A stretch of DNA of 64,000 bases from positions 111,422-175,421 of the forward strand of contig JAOAEL010000002.1 in assembly GCA_026416845.1 (NCBI GenBank). Direction: 5' to 3'. A model generated the notes under the pieces. It worked only from the letters and a program-made list of their open reading frames with translations. It was not told where the DNA came from and ran no database searches. This stretch comes from Patescibacteria group bacterium. Lineage in GTDB: Bacteria > Patescibacteriota > Microgenomatia > UBA8517. Shown here piece by piece: positions 20,792-30,270 of this stretch (positions are counted from its first letter, which is position 1; every line of letters starts with the position of its first letter). Made by a program: the position numbers and the translations under genes.

Positions 20792-22420
20792 TTAATTAAT
20801 AAATTTATCCAAATATTCATCAAGAATTTTTCTGGCAACAGGAGCGGCTTCGCTAGAACCTCCACCGCCTTCTTCGACCAAAATAGTAATGATAATTTCA
20901 GGATTTACATCCGGATAAGCAACAACAAACCAAGCGTGCGTTACATTTTCTTTTAATGTTTCTGCTGTGCCTGTTTTGCACAACACTTTGGATCTAAAGT
21001 CAAAAAAAGGGAAAGCAGTGCCCCCACGTTCACATGCTCGTTTCATGCCTTCATGGACAATGGATAAATATTCAGGATTTATATGTAAGTTCTCACACTC
21101 ATCCACACCAACTATTTTCAAATCGCACAAATACCCTCCATTAACTATTGCAACAGTCATTTTCTGCACTGCCGCTGGAGTAATAGCCAAATCACCCTGT
21201 CCTATGGCATAATGATAAGTATTCCCTAAAAACCAATTTTCACCCTTGGTTCGCAACTTCCATTCAGGAGATGGCACTAAACCTTCAATTTCTCCGGGAA
21301 GCTCAATACCTGTCTTTTTATCCAATTCAAATTTCCTAGACCATTCTTCCAATTTTTTGACTCCTAAAAGTTCTCCAACCTTATAAAAATAAGTGTCTGT
21401 AGATCGCGCTAAGGCGCGAGCTAGTGAAATCAAGCCTTCTTTTCCACCATGTTGAGTAAAATACCAATTGCTATACGAAAATGACCCAAAAGCGCTATCA
21501 ACAGTAATCACTCCTTCATCGTTAAATTTAAAATCTTTTCCAATAACTTCCTCGGATAAAGCCGCCAAACCAACCAAGGGCTTATACACAGAACCAGGAT
21601 GAAATATTCCAGATATAACACGATTAAAAAGCGGCAAATTTTTATCTTGAAAATATAACTTTATTTTATCCAAGTCTCCCTTAATAAAATCGTTTGGATC
21701 GTAAGAGGGCGCAGAATAAATCGCCAAAACCCGCCCCATTTGATCTGTTGCTATTGCGGCACCTCTTTTACCTTGCATATGCTTGCTAACAAGGCGTTGC
21801 ATAAAAGCATCTATATTGGTGTTTATGTTTTCTCCATTTATCGGCATTTTTCTGCCCAAAGTCCTAACTTTTCTGCCCATTGAATCAACTTCAACAATTT
21901 CCTCGCCATCAAAACCAGACAAAACACAATCAAAATATTCTTCAAGCCCAGTTCTACCTATTAATTGCGATAATTTTCTTTGACCTTTTTCTGGACAATT
22001 TGGGCGAACCTTTCCAACTTCTTCTTTTGTGGTTTCGCTAAGATAACCACTGGCGTGTCCAAAATCGCTTCCTAAAAAATAAACTCTTTCACTTTCTAGA
22101 ATAATCTCTGATTCTTCAGCTAAAGAAGGATCATAAATTTCTTTTTTGAATCCTGAATCAAAACTAAATCTGACAAACTTTTTGACATCCCTATTGCCAA
22201 CCAAAATCTTGCCATTTTTATCCAGAATCAACCCACGAGAAGCTGAGATTGAAATTTTCCTTATTCTATTTTTATCAGCAAGTTCTCTAAAATAAGCGCC
22301 ACGTATAATCTGCAAATCAACTAATCTACCCAAAAATAAAAAGACAAAAACAACTACTAAAAATCTCCCAAACCACAAAAACCAATTTTTTTCCGGATAA
22401 TTACAAATTTCATCATGCAT
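20792..22420 (-). CDS. mrdA: class B penicillin-binding protein (PBP2-like)
   Basis: TM anchor, RGLILD, GRTGLE, PGSVYKP (SxxK), STD (SxN variant), KTGTAE; downstream of mreB. Confidence 0.88.
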   Translation of the reverse strand: MHDEICNYPEKNWFLWFGRFLVVVFVFLFLGRLVDLQIIRGAYFRELADKNRIRKISISASRGLILDKNGKILVGNRDVKKFVRFSFDSGFKKEIYDPSLAEESEIILESERVYFLGSDFGHASGYLSETTKEEVGKVRPNCPEKGQRKLSQLIGRTGLEEYFDCVLSGFDGEEIVEVDSMGRKVRTLGRKMPINGENINTNIDAFMQRLVSKHMQGKRGAAIATDQMGRVLAIYSAPSYDPNDFIKGDLDKIKLYFQDKNLPLFNRVISGIFHPGSVYKPLVGLAALSEEVIGKDFKFNDEGVITVDSAFGSFSYSNWYFTQHGGKEGLISLARALARSTDTYFYKVGELLGVKKLEEWSRKFELDKKTGIELPGEIEGLVPSPEWKLRTKGENWFLGNTYHYAIGQGDLAITPAAVQKMTVAIVNGGYLCDLKIVGVDECENLHINPEYLSIVHEGMKRACERGGTAFPFFDFRSKVLCKTGTAETLKENVTHAWFVVAYPDVNPEIIITILVEEGGGGSSEAAPVARKILDEYLDKFIN

Positions 22421-22531
22421 ATAATGCCAAAAGTGACAAAGTTAACTAAATTCTTTTAGAAATTTAGAAATAAAGAAATCCCTTAAAAAAGCGCACAAGA
22501 CTTAGCATACAAATTTTCTAATAATTTACTT

Positions 22532-23617
22532 CTAAGCTCCTTTTGTTAATTTAATCTTTGACAAAAGATCAAAATCTTCAAGTACTTTTCCGCATCCGCG
22601 AACAACACAAGTCAACGGATCGTTTACTATTACAATTTTTATTTTTGTCGCTTCTGATATTATCTTGTCAATACCATGCAAAAGAGCTCCACCACCAGCC
22701 AAGTAAATTCCTTTCCCCATTATATCGCTCAAAAGTTCAGGAGGTGTTTCTTCCAGTGTTGATATAATTGCGTGATTAATTTCTGAAACTATGGGCAGTA
22801 ATGCCTCTCTTATTTCCTCGCTTGAAAGCTTTTCTGTTCTTGGCAAACCGGTTTCTAAATCACGCCCTCTTACAACAAAAAACCTCTCTTTATCAAAGGG
22901 AATACATGTACCAATTGCAATTTTCGCTTCTTCTGCTGTTGACTCACCCAACAAAAGAGAGTACTTTAAACGCACATAATTAACAATTGCTTCGTTCATT
23001 TCATCACCAGCCACACGTATAGATCTCCCGACTACAATTCCACCTAAGGAGATTACCGCTATTTCACTCGTCCCGCCTCCTATGTCAACAATAAAATTCC
23101 CATCAGCGCTATCCACAGACAAATCAGCACCAATTGCAGCTGCCATTGGCTCTTCAATTAGATGAACTTCTCGCGCTCCAGCAAAAACGGCAGCATCTGC
23201 AACAGCCTTTTTTTCTACTTCAGTAACTCCAGAAGGAATACCAATTACTACTTTTGGTCTTGGAATTTTAGGAACAACAGAATGATACTGGTGAATTTTC
23301 CTAATATAATGAGTCAACATAGCGCTAGTTGCATCAAAATCAGCAATTACACCATCTTTAAGCGGTCTTATAGCCTCAATTGTTTTAGGAGCTCTTCCTA
23401 ACATTCGTTTTGCAGCAGTTCCAATTGCAATAATTTGCTTTGTTTTTTTATGTCTGGCAACAGCCGAAGGCTCTCTAACAACCACTCCCTTGCCTTTAAT
23501 CCAAACTAAAGTATTTGCAGTCCCTAAATCAATTCCTACATCATAAGACAAAGATCCAAAAATCTTATTAAAAGAAACACCTTGTAAATACTTAAACAAT
23601 CGAATTATTTTTTTCAT
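22532..23617 (-). CDS. mreB: rod shape-determining actin-like protein MreB
   Basis: IDLGTANTL, RPLKDGVIADF, EEPMAAAIGA, VDIGGGTSE, AGGGALL. Confidence 0.97.
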   Translation of the reverse strand: MKKIIRLFKYLQGVSFNKIFGSLSYDVGIDLGTANTLVWIKGKGVVVREPSAVARHKKTKQIIAIGTAAKRMLGRAPKTIEAIRPLKDGVIADFDATSAMLTHYIRKIHQYHSVVPKIPRPKVVIGIPSGVTEVEKKAVADAAVFAGAREVHLIEEPMAAAIGADLSVDSADGNFIVDIGGGTSEIAVISLGGIVVGRSIRVAGDEMNEAIVNYVRLKYSLLLGESTAEEAKIAIGTCIPFDKERFFVVRGRDLETGLPRTEKLSSEEIREALLPIVSEINHAIISTLEETPPELLSDIMGKGIYLAGGGALLHGIDKIISEATKIKIVIVNDPLTCVVRGCGKVLEDFDLLSKIKLTKGA

Positions 23618-23719
23618 AATTTTCAAATTTATTAGCGGCAGTATACTCCTATCTCATATCTATTCAATACCCGTCAGTTACCTGCTTGCTTTTGATTACG
23701 ACTCAAATTTGCTAAAGTA

Positions 23720-25831
23720 ATGACAATGTTAATTATTGAAAATATAGCTAAAAAAATATTTTTATTAATCATATTTTTTACCCCATTAATATTCTTCCCT
23801 AAAACTTCAGAAATTTTTGAATTCAACAAAACTGTTTTCTTGTATCTATCCACAACTTTGCTTATATCAATATGGATAACAAAAATGATCGTTCAAAAAA
23901 AACTCATATTCCAAAAAACAATATTGGATATCCCTATAATAATTTTCATAATTTCAATTTTCACTAGCACAATTTTTTCGATAGATTTGCATACATCAAT
24001 ATTTGGGCATTACACATCATTCAACGGCGGATTCCTATCCTATGTCTGCTTTGCGCTTATTTATTGGTTTGCCGTTTCAAATTTATCCAAAAAAGACTAT
24101 CTGGCAACACTAAAAGTACTTTTAGTAACAACGACAATAACAAGCTTAATTGCAGTGCTTGAACATTTTGACATAAGCGTTACATGTTCAATCATAAGTC
24201 TAATAAACCAAGAAGAAATTAATATATCAAATAGTTGTTGGGCAAACGATGTTCAAAACCGAGTATATAGCACCTTTGGACAACCAAATTGGCTAGCCGC
24301 ATGGCTCGTTGCGATAATGCCAATAAATTTATATTTCTACTTAAAAGCAAAAAACATACAAACAAAATTAACACACATTGTTTTATACCTTATATTCACG
24401 TCTGCTCTTTTATTCACCAAATCAAGATCAGGAATAATAGCATTTGTTCTTATTTCTTTTTTCTTCTGGTCATATTACCTAATCAAAAAATCAAAAACAA
24501 ATGTACAAGAAAAAATTAAAAAACTCGCTATTTACGCAATCCCTATCCTCACAATCGCACTTGCGATCGGCACGCCATGGTCGCCAAAACTAAATGATTT
24601 ACTACAAAATCAAAATGAAATAAATCTTGAAAAACCTCAAGATTTTGTACCAGCCTTGGAAAAAGGCGGCACAGAATCAGGAGATATCAGAAAAATAGTC
24701 TGGAAAGGAGCGTATGAGATCTGGAAAGCATATCCAATTTTTGGAAGCGGTTTGGAAACTTTTGCTTTTTCTTATTATAAGTTCCGCCCAATAGAGCATA
24801 ACTACACATCAGAATGGGAATATTTATACAACAAAGCGCATAATGAATATTTAAATTTCTTGGCAAACACAGGAATATTCGGAACTTTATCTTATATTTT
24901 ACTCATTATATTTATGTCCGTAAAAATACTAGGACTAAAAAGCTTAAAGAACTTTAGAGAAATAAATACCTTCAACTTATGCTTATTTTCCGGTTTTGCC
25001 AGCATATTAATCACAAATTTTTTTGGTTTCTCTGTCACAACAACAAACATGCTTTTTTTTGTTATACCAGCGCTAGCATACACAAAAAGCAATAATTTTA
25101 GAAATCAACTTGAAAACTCAAAAGAATTATCTACATCGCAAAAGATCACAATACTTTTTGTGATTGCAGGTTGCGCTTTTATTTTTTATAAAACAGCAAA
25201 TTACTGGCTGGCAAACTACTATTACCAACAAGGAAAGAACGAAATAGCAAACACGCAATATTTATCAGCCCTCAAATATCTGCAAAAATCAGTATCAATT
25301 TCTCCTAATGAATCAATCTATTGGAATGAACTTGCCAACGCAAATACACTAATTGCGCAAGTTTTATCAAATGAACTAGAACACAAAGCAAGAGCACAAC
25401 AATTTGTAGACAACGCAATTGAAACAAGCAAAAAAGCGATTCTTTTATCCCCAAATGATGTCAACCATTTAAGAACTCAAGCTTTGATGTATGTTAAGCT
25501 TGCAATTTACGATAATAAATATCTGTTAAATGCAAGGGATTCGTTGATAAAGGCAAATTCTCTCTCTCCAACTGATCCAAAGATAGTTTACAATCTAGCG
25601 CTTGCATACCTTAGGGCAAATGACACTGAAAACGCGTTAAAATACATCAAAAAGGCTATAGATCTGAAAACAGATTACAAAGACGCAAGATACGCTCTTG
25701 CTCTTATTTCAATTGATCTGGGCGATTACGAAACAGCAAAATCAGAACTTGAGTATATACTAAAATATATAGATCCTGATAACAAAGAAGCTGAAAAAGA
25801 GCTTGAGAGTCTGAAACAATTGCAAAATTAG
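23720..25831 (+). CDS. O-antigen ligase (Wzy_C)-family membrane protein with C-terminal TPR repeats
   Basis: Many TMs, RVYSTFGQPNW, TKSRSG, R..VW..A..IW...PIFGSG, AHNEYLN; TPR-like C-terminus. Confidence 0.9.
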   Translation: MTMLIIENIAKKIFLLIIFFTPLIFFPKTSEIFEFNKTVFLYLSTTLLISIWITKMIVQKKLIFQKTILDIPIIIFIISIFTSTIFSIDLHTSIFGHYTSFNGGFLSYVCFALIYWFAVSNLSKKDYLATLKVLLVTTTITSLIAVLEHFDISVTCSIISLINQEEINISNSCWANDVQNRVYSTFGQPNWLAAWLVAIMPINLYFYLKAKNIQTKLTHIVLYLIFTSALLFTKSRSGIIAFVLISFFFWSYYLIKKSKTNVQEKIKKLAIYAIPILTIALAIGTPWSPKLNDLLQNQNEINLEKPQDFVPALEKGGTESGDIRKIVWKGAYEIWKAYPIFGSGLETFAFSYYKFRPIEHNYTSEWEYLYNKAHNEYLNFLANTGIFGTLSYILLIIFMSVKILGLKSLKNFREINTFNLCLFSGFASILITNFFGFSVTTTNMLFFVIPALAYTKSNNFRNQLENSKELSTSQKITILFVIAGCAFIFYKTANYWLANYYYQQGKNEIANTQYLSALKYLQKSVSISPNESIYWNELANANTLIAQVLSNELEHKARAQQFVDNAIETSKKAILLSPNDVNHLRTQALMYVKLAIYDNKYLLNARDSLIKANSLSPTDPKIVYNLALAYLRANDTENALKYIKKAIDLKTDYKDARYALALISIDLGDYETAKSELEYILKYIDPDNKEAEKELESLKQLQN

Positions 25832-25863
25832 TCAAAAAATAAAATTTGAATTATAATACCAAG

Positions 25864-26397
25864 ATGATTTGTGAAATTCTAAAATCCAACAATCCAAAAC
25901 TGCGTATAAAATCAAAGCCTGTGTCAAAGCTTGATAAAAAAACAAAAGAAATTATAAAAGATTTATACGATACACTGCTTGCGCAAAAAGATCCGGAGGG
26001 TATAGGACTTGCCGCTCCGCAAATAGGCAAAAATCTAAGAATATTTTTGATGAAAGACAAAGATACAATAAAAACAATTATCAACCCTGAAATTGTGGAA
26101 ATTAAAAAGGATTTAAAAAATAAGTCTAACAAAAAGAAACCCAAGCTCATGGAAGGATGCTTATCTTTACCACATTACTACTCGCCTCTTACAAGATACG
26201 AGTATGTAACCATAAAATACAAAGATGAAAACTGGGAAGACAAAGTTGAAACTTTTATCGGACTTTCAGCTCAAATAATTCAACACGAAATTGATCATTT
26301 AAACGGGATACTTTTTATAGATCATGTAGTTGGGCAACAACTTCCTTTGTATGAACACACCAAAGACGGCCAATGGCAAAAAGTGGAACTAACATGA
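25864..26397 (+). CDS. def: peptide deformylase
   Basis: GIGLAAPQIG, EGCLSLP, QHEIDHLNG. Confidence 0.98.
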   Translation: MICEILKSNNPKLRIKSKPVSKLDKKTKEIIKDLYDTLLAQKDPEGIGLAAPQIGKNLRIFLMKDKDTIKTIINPEIVEIKKDLKNKSNKKKPKLMEGCLSLPHYYSPLTRYEYVTIKYKDENWEDKVETFIGLSAQIIQHEIDHLNGILFIDHVVGQQLPLYEHTKDGQWQKVELT

Positions 26398-27410
26398 AAA
26401 TTGTATTTTTCGGCACACCAGAATACGTGCTGTCTGTAATCGATCAAATCCACCGCAAGTGGAAAGACAGCAAAGGCAATTCTCCTATTGTGGCAGTAGT
26501 CACACAGCCACCCAAAATCACAGGTAGAAAAAAAATACTAACTTATTCTCCAGTTGACAATTGGGCGCACAAGCACAAAATTCCAATTTTCTTTGACACA
26601 AACAAACTTCTAGAAAGCAAATTGGAGTGGGACTTAGGTATTCTGGCGGCTTATGGACAAATCATCCCTCAGGATGTAATTAACGCTTTCCCAAAAGGCA
26701 TACTAAATATCCACCCATCTATCTTGCCAGAATTTCGCGGAGCATCCCCAATCCAGGCAATAATTGCTACAGAAAAGATTCCAGGTGTGACAATAATCAA
26801 GCTAGACAATCTGATGGATCATGGTCCTATTGTTAGTCAATTTGCCGACGAATTACTAGAATCAGATACACTAGATACATTAAGAACAAGGCTTTTTCAA
26901 AGGGCATCTCAAGTGCTAATAAATCTTATACCGGCTTATTTAAACAACAAAATAAATCTAAAAGAGCAAAATCACTCCCAAGCCACATATACAAAATTAA
27001 TCAAAAAAGAAGATGGTTACATTCCATTTGATATTTTGCAAAAAGCAATGAATAGGAAGAAATTCAAACTGCAAGTTGAATTCATTTACAAAAGATCAAA
27101 ATATAGGGAGAAAAGAATACCACTACACCAAATAAAAAATGGCAAGCAATTGCACAATCTGTTAAAAGCTTTTACTCCATGGCCCGGTCTATGGACAACT
27201 ATTAAAATTCCATCTAAATCAAAAGAGGAACAAAACAGAAACGAGAAAATTTTTAACACCGAAAAAAGGCTTAAAATTCTAACAGCTCACATTGAAGGCA
27301 AAAATGAAAAATTCTATAAATTTGTCCCAGATTTAGTCCAGCTTGAAGGCAAAAAGGCAGTCAGCTGGAATCAGTTTGAAAAAGCGTATTTAATAAAAAG
27401 CGACTTATAG
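26394..27410 (+). CDS. fmt: methionyl-tRNA formyltransferase
   Basis: MKIVFFGTP, NIHPSILPEFRGASPIQ, MDHGPI; ATGA overlap with def. Confidence 0.95.
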   Translation: MKIVFFGTPEYVLSVIDQIHRKWKDSKGNSPIVAVVTQPPKITGRKKILTYSPVDNWAHKHKIPIFFDTNKLLESKLEWDLGILAAYGQIIPQDVINAFPKGILNIHPSILPEFRGASPIQAIIATEKIPGVTIIKLDNLMDHGPIVSQFADELLESDTLDTLRTRLFQRASQVLINLIPAYLNNKINLKEQNHSQATYTKLIKKEDGYIPFDILQKAMNRKKFKLQVEFIYKRSKYREKRIPLHQIKNGKQLHNLLKAFTPWPGLWTTIKIPSKSKEEQNRNEKIFNTEKRLKILTAHIEGKNEKFYKFVPDLVQLEGKKAVSWNQFEKAYLIKSDL

Positions 27411-27519
27411 CAACTACCCAAGATAGAAAAGATAAGATCGACAATCTCAATCTAACTAATTTACACTTCTCCCACGATTAATTAAACACAATAAATTACT
27501 AAACACGAGAGGAGTTGAG

Positions 27520-27944
27520 TTATTGGGAAGATTTGTCACCACCCGAATTATCATTAGGAATAGTTTTACCAGACATAGGAGAAGGTTCAAATCTTGCATT
27601 CTTTATATTATTCACTACATGCAGTTTTATCTCCTCAAGTATCCTGTTAATTTTTTCGGGAGTTAAACTTTCTATCGCCTCCAAAATCTGTCTAATTTGT
27701 TCTGGGGTTAAATCAAAATTAAATCCAGAATATGGAGTGTATAGAGATTATTTATTGATTTTTTTGCAAACCAAGTTTAAATTTTATTATTACAGATACC
27801 GGAATAAAGAAGACTAAGAAGAACATATCTTTCCACATTTTGCCTAAATTCTCCGCTAATCTGATTAGGATAACTTTCACCTCCACTAGCTTGAGTGGAT
27901 GAAGGATCGGTATTATTAGGTTGTTCACTTCTTTCTTGATTCAT
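27520..27944 (-). pseudogene. probable degraded hypothetical gene
   Basis: ATG at 27944 gives MNQERSEQPNNTDPSS...GICNNKI*; a second frame resumes after a TAA (SLYTPYSGFNFDLTPEQIRQILEAIESLTPEKINRILEEIK...DKSSQ*). Confidence 0.4.
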
Positions 27945-28049
27945 ACTTTTTTTGATTAAACAGTTTAATTAACTTGATGAGAAAATTCTACCAGCTTTAT
28001 AAAACATTACCAAGCTCAAACATAATTTGGGCAATTTCACATCTACATC

Positions 28050-28301
28050 TCAAACCACGACAATGTTTTTTATATCACCAATTGATTTGTAATTTTTTAC
28101 TCTTTTTAAACATTTTGTACAAACCTTCATCTGCAAAACATTACCCTCAATTTTAAAGGATTTGGTTTGAATATTTGGCTTGAAAGTTCGCGGAGTTTCC
28201 TGCGCTCTTTTTTTCCATCTCCTACCTGCAACGCCACGCCCATGCTGTTGGCTTCTACCTATCTTGGTTGACTTGCCGCAAAAACTGCACATGTATGACA
28301 T
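28050..28301 (-). CDS. rpmB: 50S ribosomal protein L28 (zinc-binding type)
   Basis: CSFCGK...RTFKPNIQ...KVCTKCLK. Confidence 0.94.
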   Translation of the reverse strand: MSYMCSFCGKSTKIGRSQQHGRGVAGRRWKKRAQETPRTFKPNIQTKSFKIEGNVLQMKVCTKCLKRVKNYKSIGDIKNIVVV

Positions 28302-28408
28302 ATTTGGATTTTTTTATTTTACAAACAAAAACCTTCAATAAATCTTTTAATTTTAGTTTATTGACATTATACTTATAAGACAAACTTTTGGCAAGAAATT
28401 TTCATAAA

Positions 28409-29062
28409 ATGTTTGAAATCTTCGCTTGGATACTAGCTTTTGTCGTCGCTATCACAATACACGAAGCCGCACATGCGTATATGGCAGACCGGTTGGGAGA
28501 TCCAACTCCTCGTCTTATGGGCAGATTGTCTCTAAATCCAATAGTCCATTACGATAAAATTGGAACAACACTTTTGATTCTACTAATCTTCATACGTGAG
28601 TTTTTGAAAATACCTGTAATTCCCTTTGGATGGGCAAAACCGGTGCAATTTGATCCTTACAATCTTGCAAACCCAAGACGCGATTCCGCCTTAATTTCAG
28701 TAGCAGGACCAGCTTCCAATTTCATTGTCACAATCATAGTATCAATAATCATAAATCTACTTATGTCTGCCAATTTAAACTTATACGCAGTTCTGCTCAT
28801 GCCAACTGTGACACTAAACATAATCTTGGGACTTTTTAATCTTCTTCCAATACACCCTTTGGACGGAGGGAAAATATTTGTGGGGCTTTTGCCCGAAAAT
28901 GAAGCCGAAGAAGCCGAACGTTTCTTGCAACAATATGGACTTATCATCCTACTTTTTTTGATACTTCCTCTAGCAAACGGGAATCCTGCCATCTCCTATA
29001 TTTTAGGACCAGTTGTCAGCTCGATTGTGAGCTTGCTCTTGCCAAATATGCCATCTTATTGA
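28409..29062 (+). CDS. site-2 protease (M50, YwhC-like)
   Basis: HEAAHA, GDPTPRLMGRLSLNP, FGWAKPV, AGPASN, FNLLPIHPLDGG. Confidence 0.95.
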   Translation: MFEIFAWILAFVVAITIHEAAHAYMADRLGDPTPRLMGRLSLNPIVHYDKIGTTLLILLIFIREFLKIPVIPFGWAKPVQFDPYNLANPRRDSALISVAGPASNFIVTIIVSIIINLLMSANLNLYAVLLMPTVTLNIILGLFNLLPIHPLDGGKIFVGLLPENEAEEAERFLQQYGLIILLFLILPLANGNPAISYILGPVVSSIVSLLLPNMPSY

Positions 29063-29109
29063 CATTTAATATCTCTTTACTTGTTTGGCACAGTCTGTTA
29101 GCATAAATT

Positions 29110-29278
29110 AGCCCTAGAGGTATTTAGAAAAACTTTTTCTCATCAATTTTTATTGATGGGGTTGCGGAAGTTCTTAATCTGGAAGAAGCTTTAGTAAAAT
29201 TTAGTTTCAACCATTTTAAGACAGCTCCCCCACCTGGTTTCGCCGGGAAAAAGCAATTTATTCTTTCTCTCTAGGGCT
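29110..29278 (+). ncRNA. ssrS: 6S RNA
   Basis: ~170 nt intergenic rod: closing stem AGCCCTAGAG/CTCTAGGGCT, CTTTTTC/GAAAAAG, central bubble, apical stem TCTTAA-TGG-GAAGCT/AGTTTC-CCA-TTAAGA, CCCACCTG motif on the 3' side; TGnTAGCAT just upstream. Confidence 0.75.
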
Positions 29279-29314
29279 TTCTAATTTGTCTTAATAACAA
29301 ACTTCGCCACCATT

Positions 29315-30126
29315 TTAATTAACGATTTTTATAGCAAGTTTGGATTTGCCTTTATCTTCAACAATCATCATCTCTGTTGCTAAATACAAAATCAAGGAAG
29401 CCCAAATCACAAAATCCACACTCATGTTAAGATCCAAAAGACTACTTCTTTCCTCGACTGTCCAAAGATCTAAATTAAAAGCTTGAATTCCGTTACGACT
29501 ATAACTTTTTACATTAAGAGTGGTATCTTTTTGCAAATTCATAAACACGCACAATTCAGCATGTTCTCCAAGTAAATCCTCTATCTCGCCTCCAATTCAT
29601 TCAACCAAACTTACAATCTGCTCTCCAGTGATAAAAATTCTGTCAAGCGGATACATTTTCAGTTTCTCATAAGCAATATCAATTGCCCTATTAAAATCAG
29701 TGCCAACAAATTTATCCTTGTTTTTCATGTATACACCCGCTAATCTTTTTCTTATCTCATTTTCCTCAACTAATGCTTTCCTCAAAACATTAACTATCCC
29801 ATCACAAAAACCGCAATCACACTTCCCGTTTACAAGATCTTTGTGTGAACCCCTGTGCGCGCCGGGAATTATTTCATGTGACTTTAAAAACAAAACTTTC
29901 TCCCGAATTAACTCAGCATCAAAATTCTCATTTCTCCAAATAGCATAAAGCAAGATAGAATACACTACACCACCTAACATCTGGGGTCCCTTTTTTTATC
30001 AAAGCACGTTCTACCATCCACACACCAGTCTGGCTCAGATCCAGTTAATCTTATTTTCAAGTACCTAAGCACGGAAGCATCTTTTAATAAACTATTTCTA
30101 GTGTTATTGTGCTTATTTTGGAACAT
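29315..30126 (-). pseudogene. zeta-class (CDCA-like) carbonic anhydrase homolog, disrupted
   Basis: Reconstructed MFQNK...WCVDGRTCFDKK/GPQMLGG...HRGSH...CDCGFC...SLVE*IGGEIEDLLGEHAE...; frameshift in A7 run (29991-29997) and in-frame TGA at 29597-29599. Confidence 0.72.
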
Positions 30127-30270
30127 AAAAAAACCAAAATACCAAAATCAATCAAAATCAGACAAACAAAGCAGTGAAAATATTGTAAAAAAGCTAACAA
30201 ATACCAAATAAAACCTGCATTTTACTTTAATAATTGCAAGTAATTTATTGCTTTTACTACAAAAATCCAA

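Noticed and set aside
27515-27817. 100 aa + strand ORF
   Set aside because: TTG start and antisense-like composition; better explained as the shadow of a minus-strand remnant
29597-29599. In-frame TGA as evidence of genetic code 25/4 or selenocysteine
   Set aside because: TGA ends conserved genes at their normal C-termini (def, rplA, rpmB, frr), tRNA-Trp has a CCA anticodon, the position is not a catalytic Cys, and the gene has a second lesion
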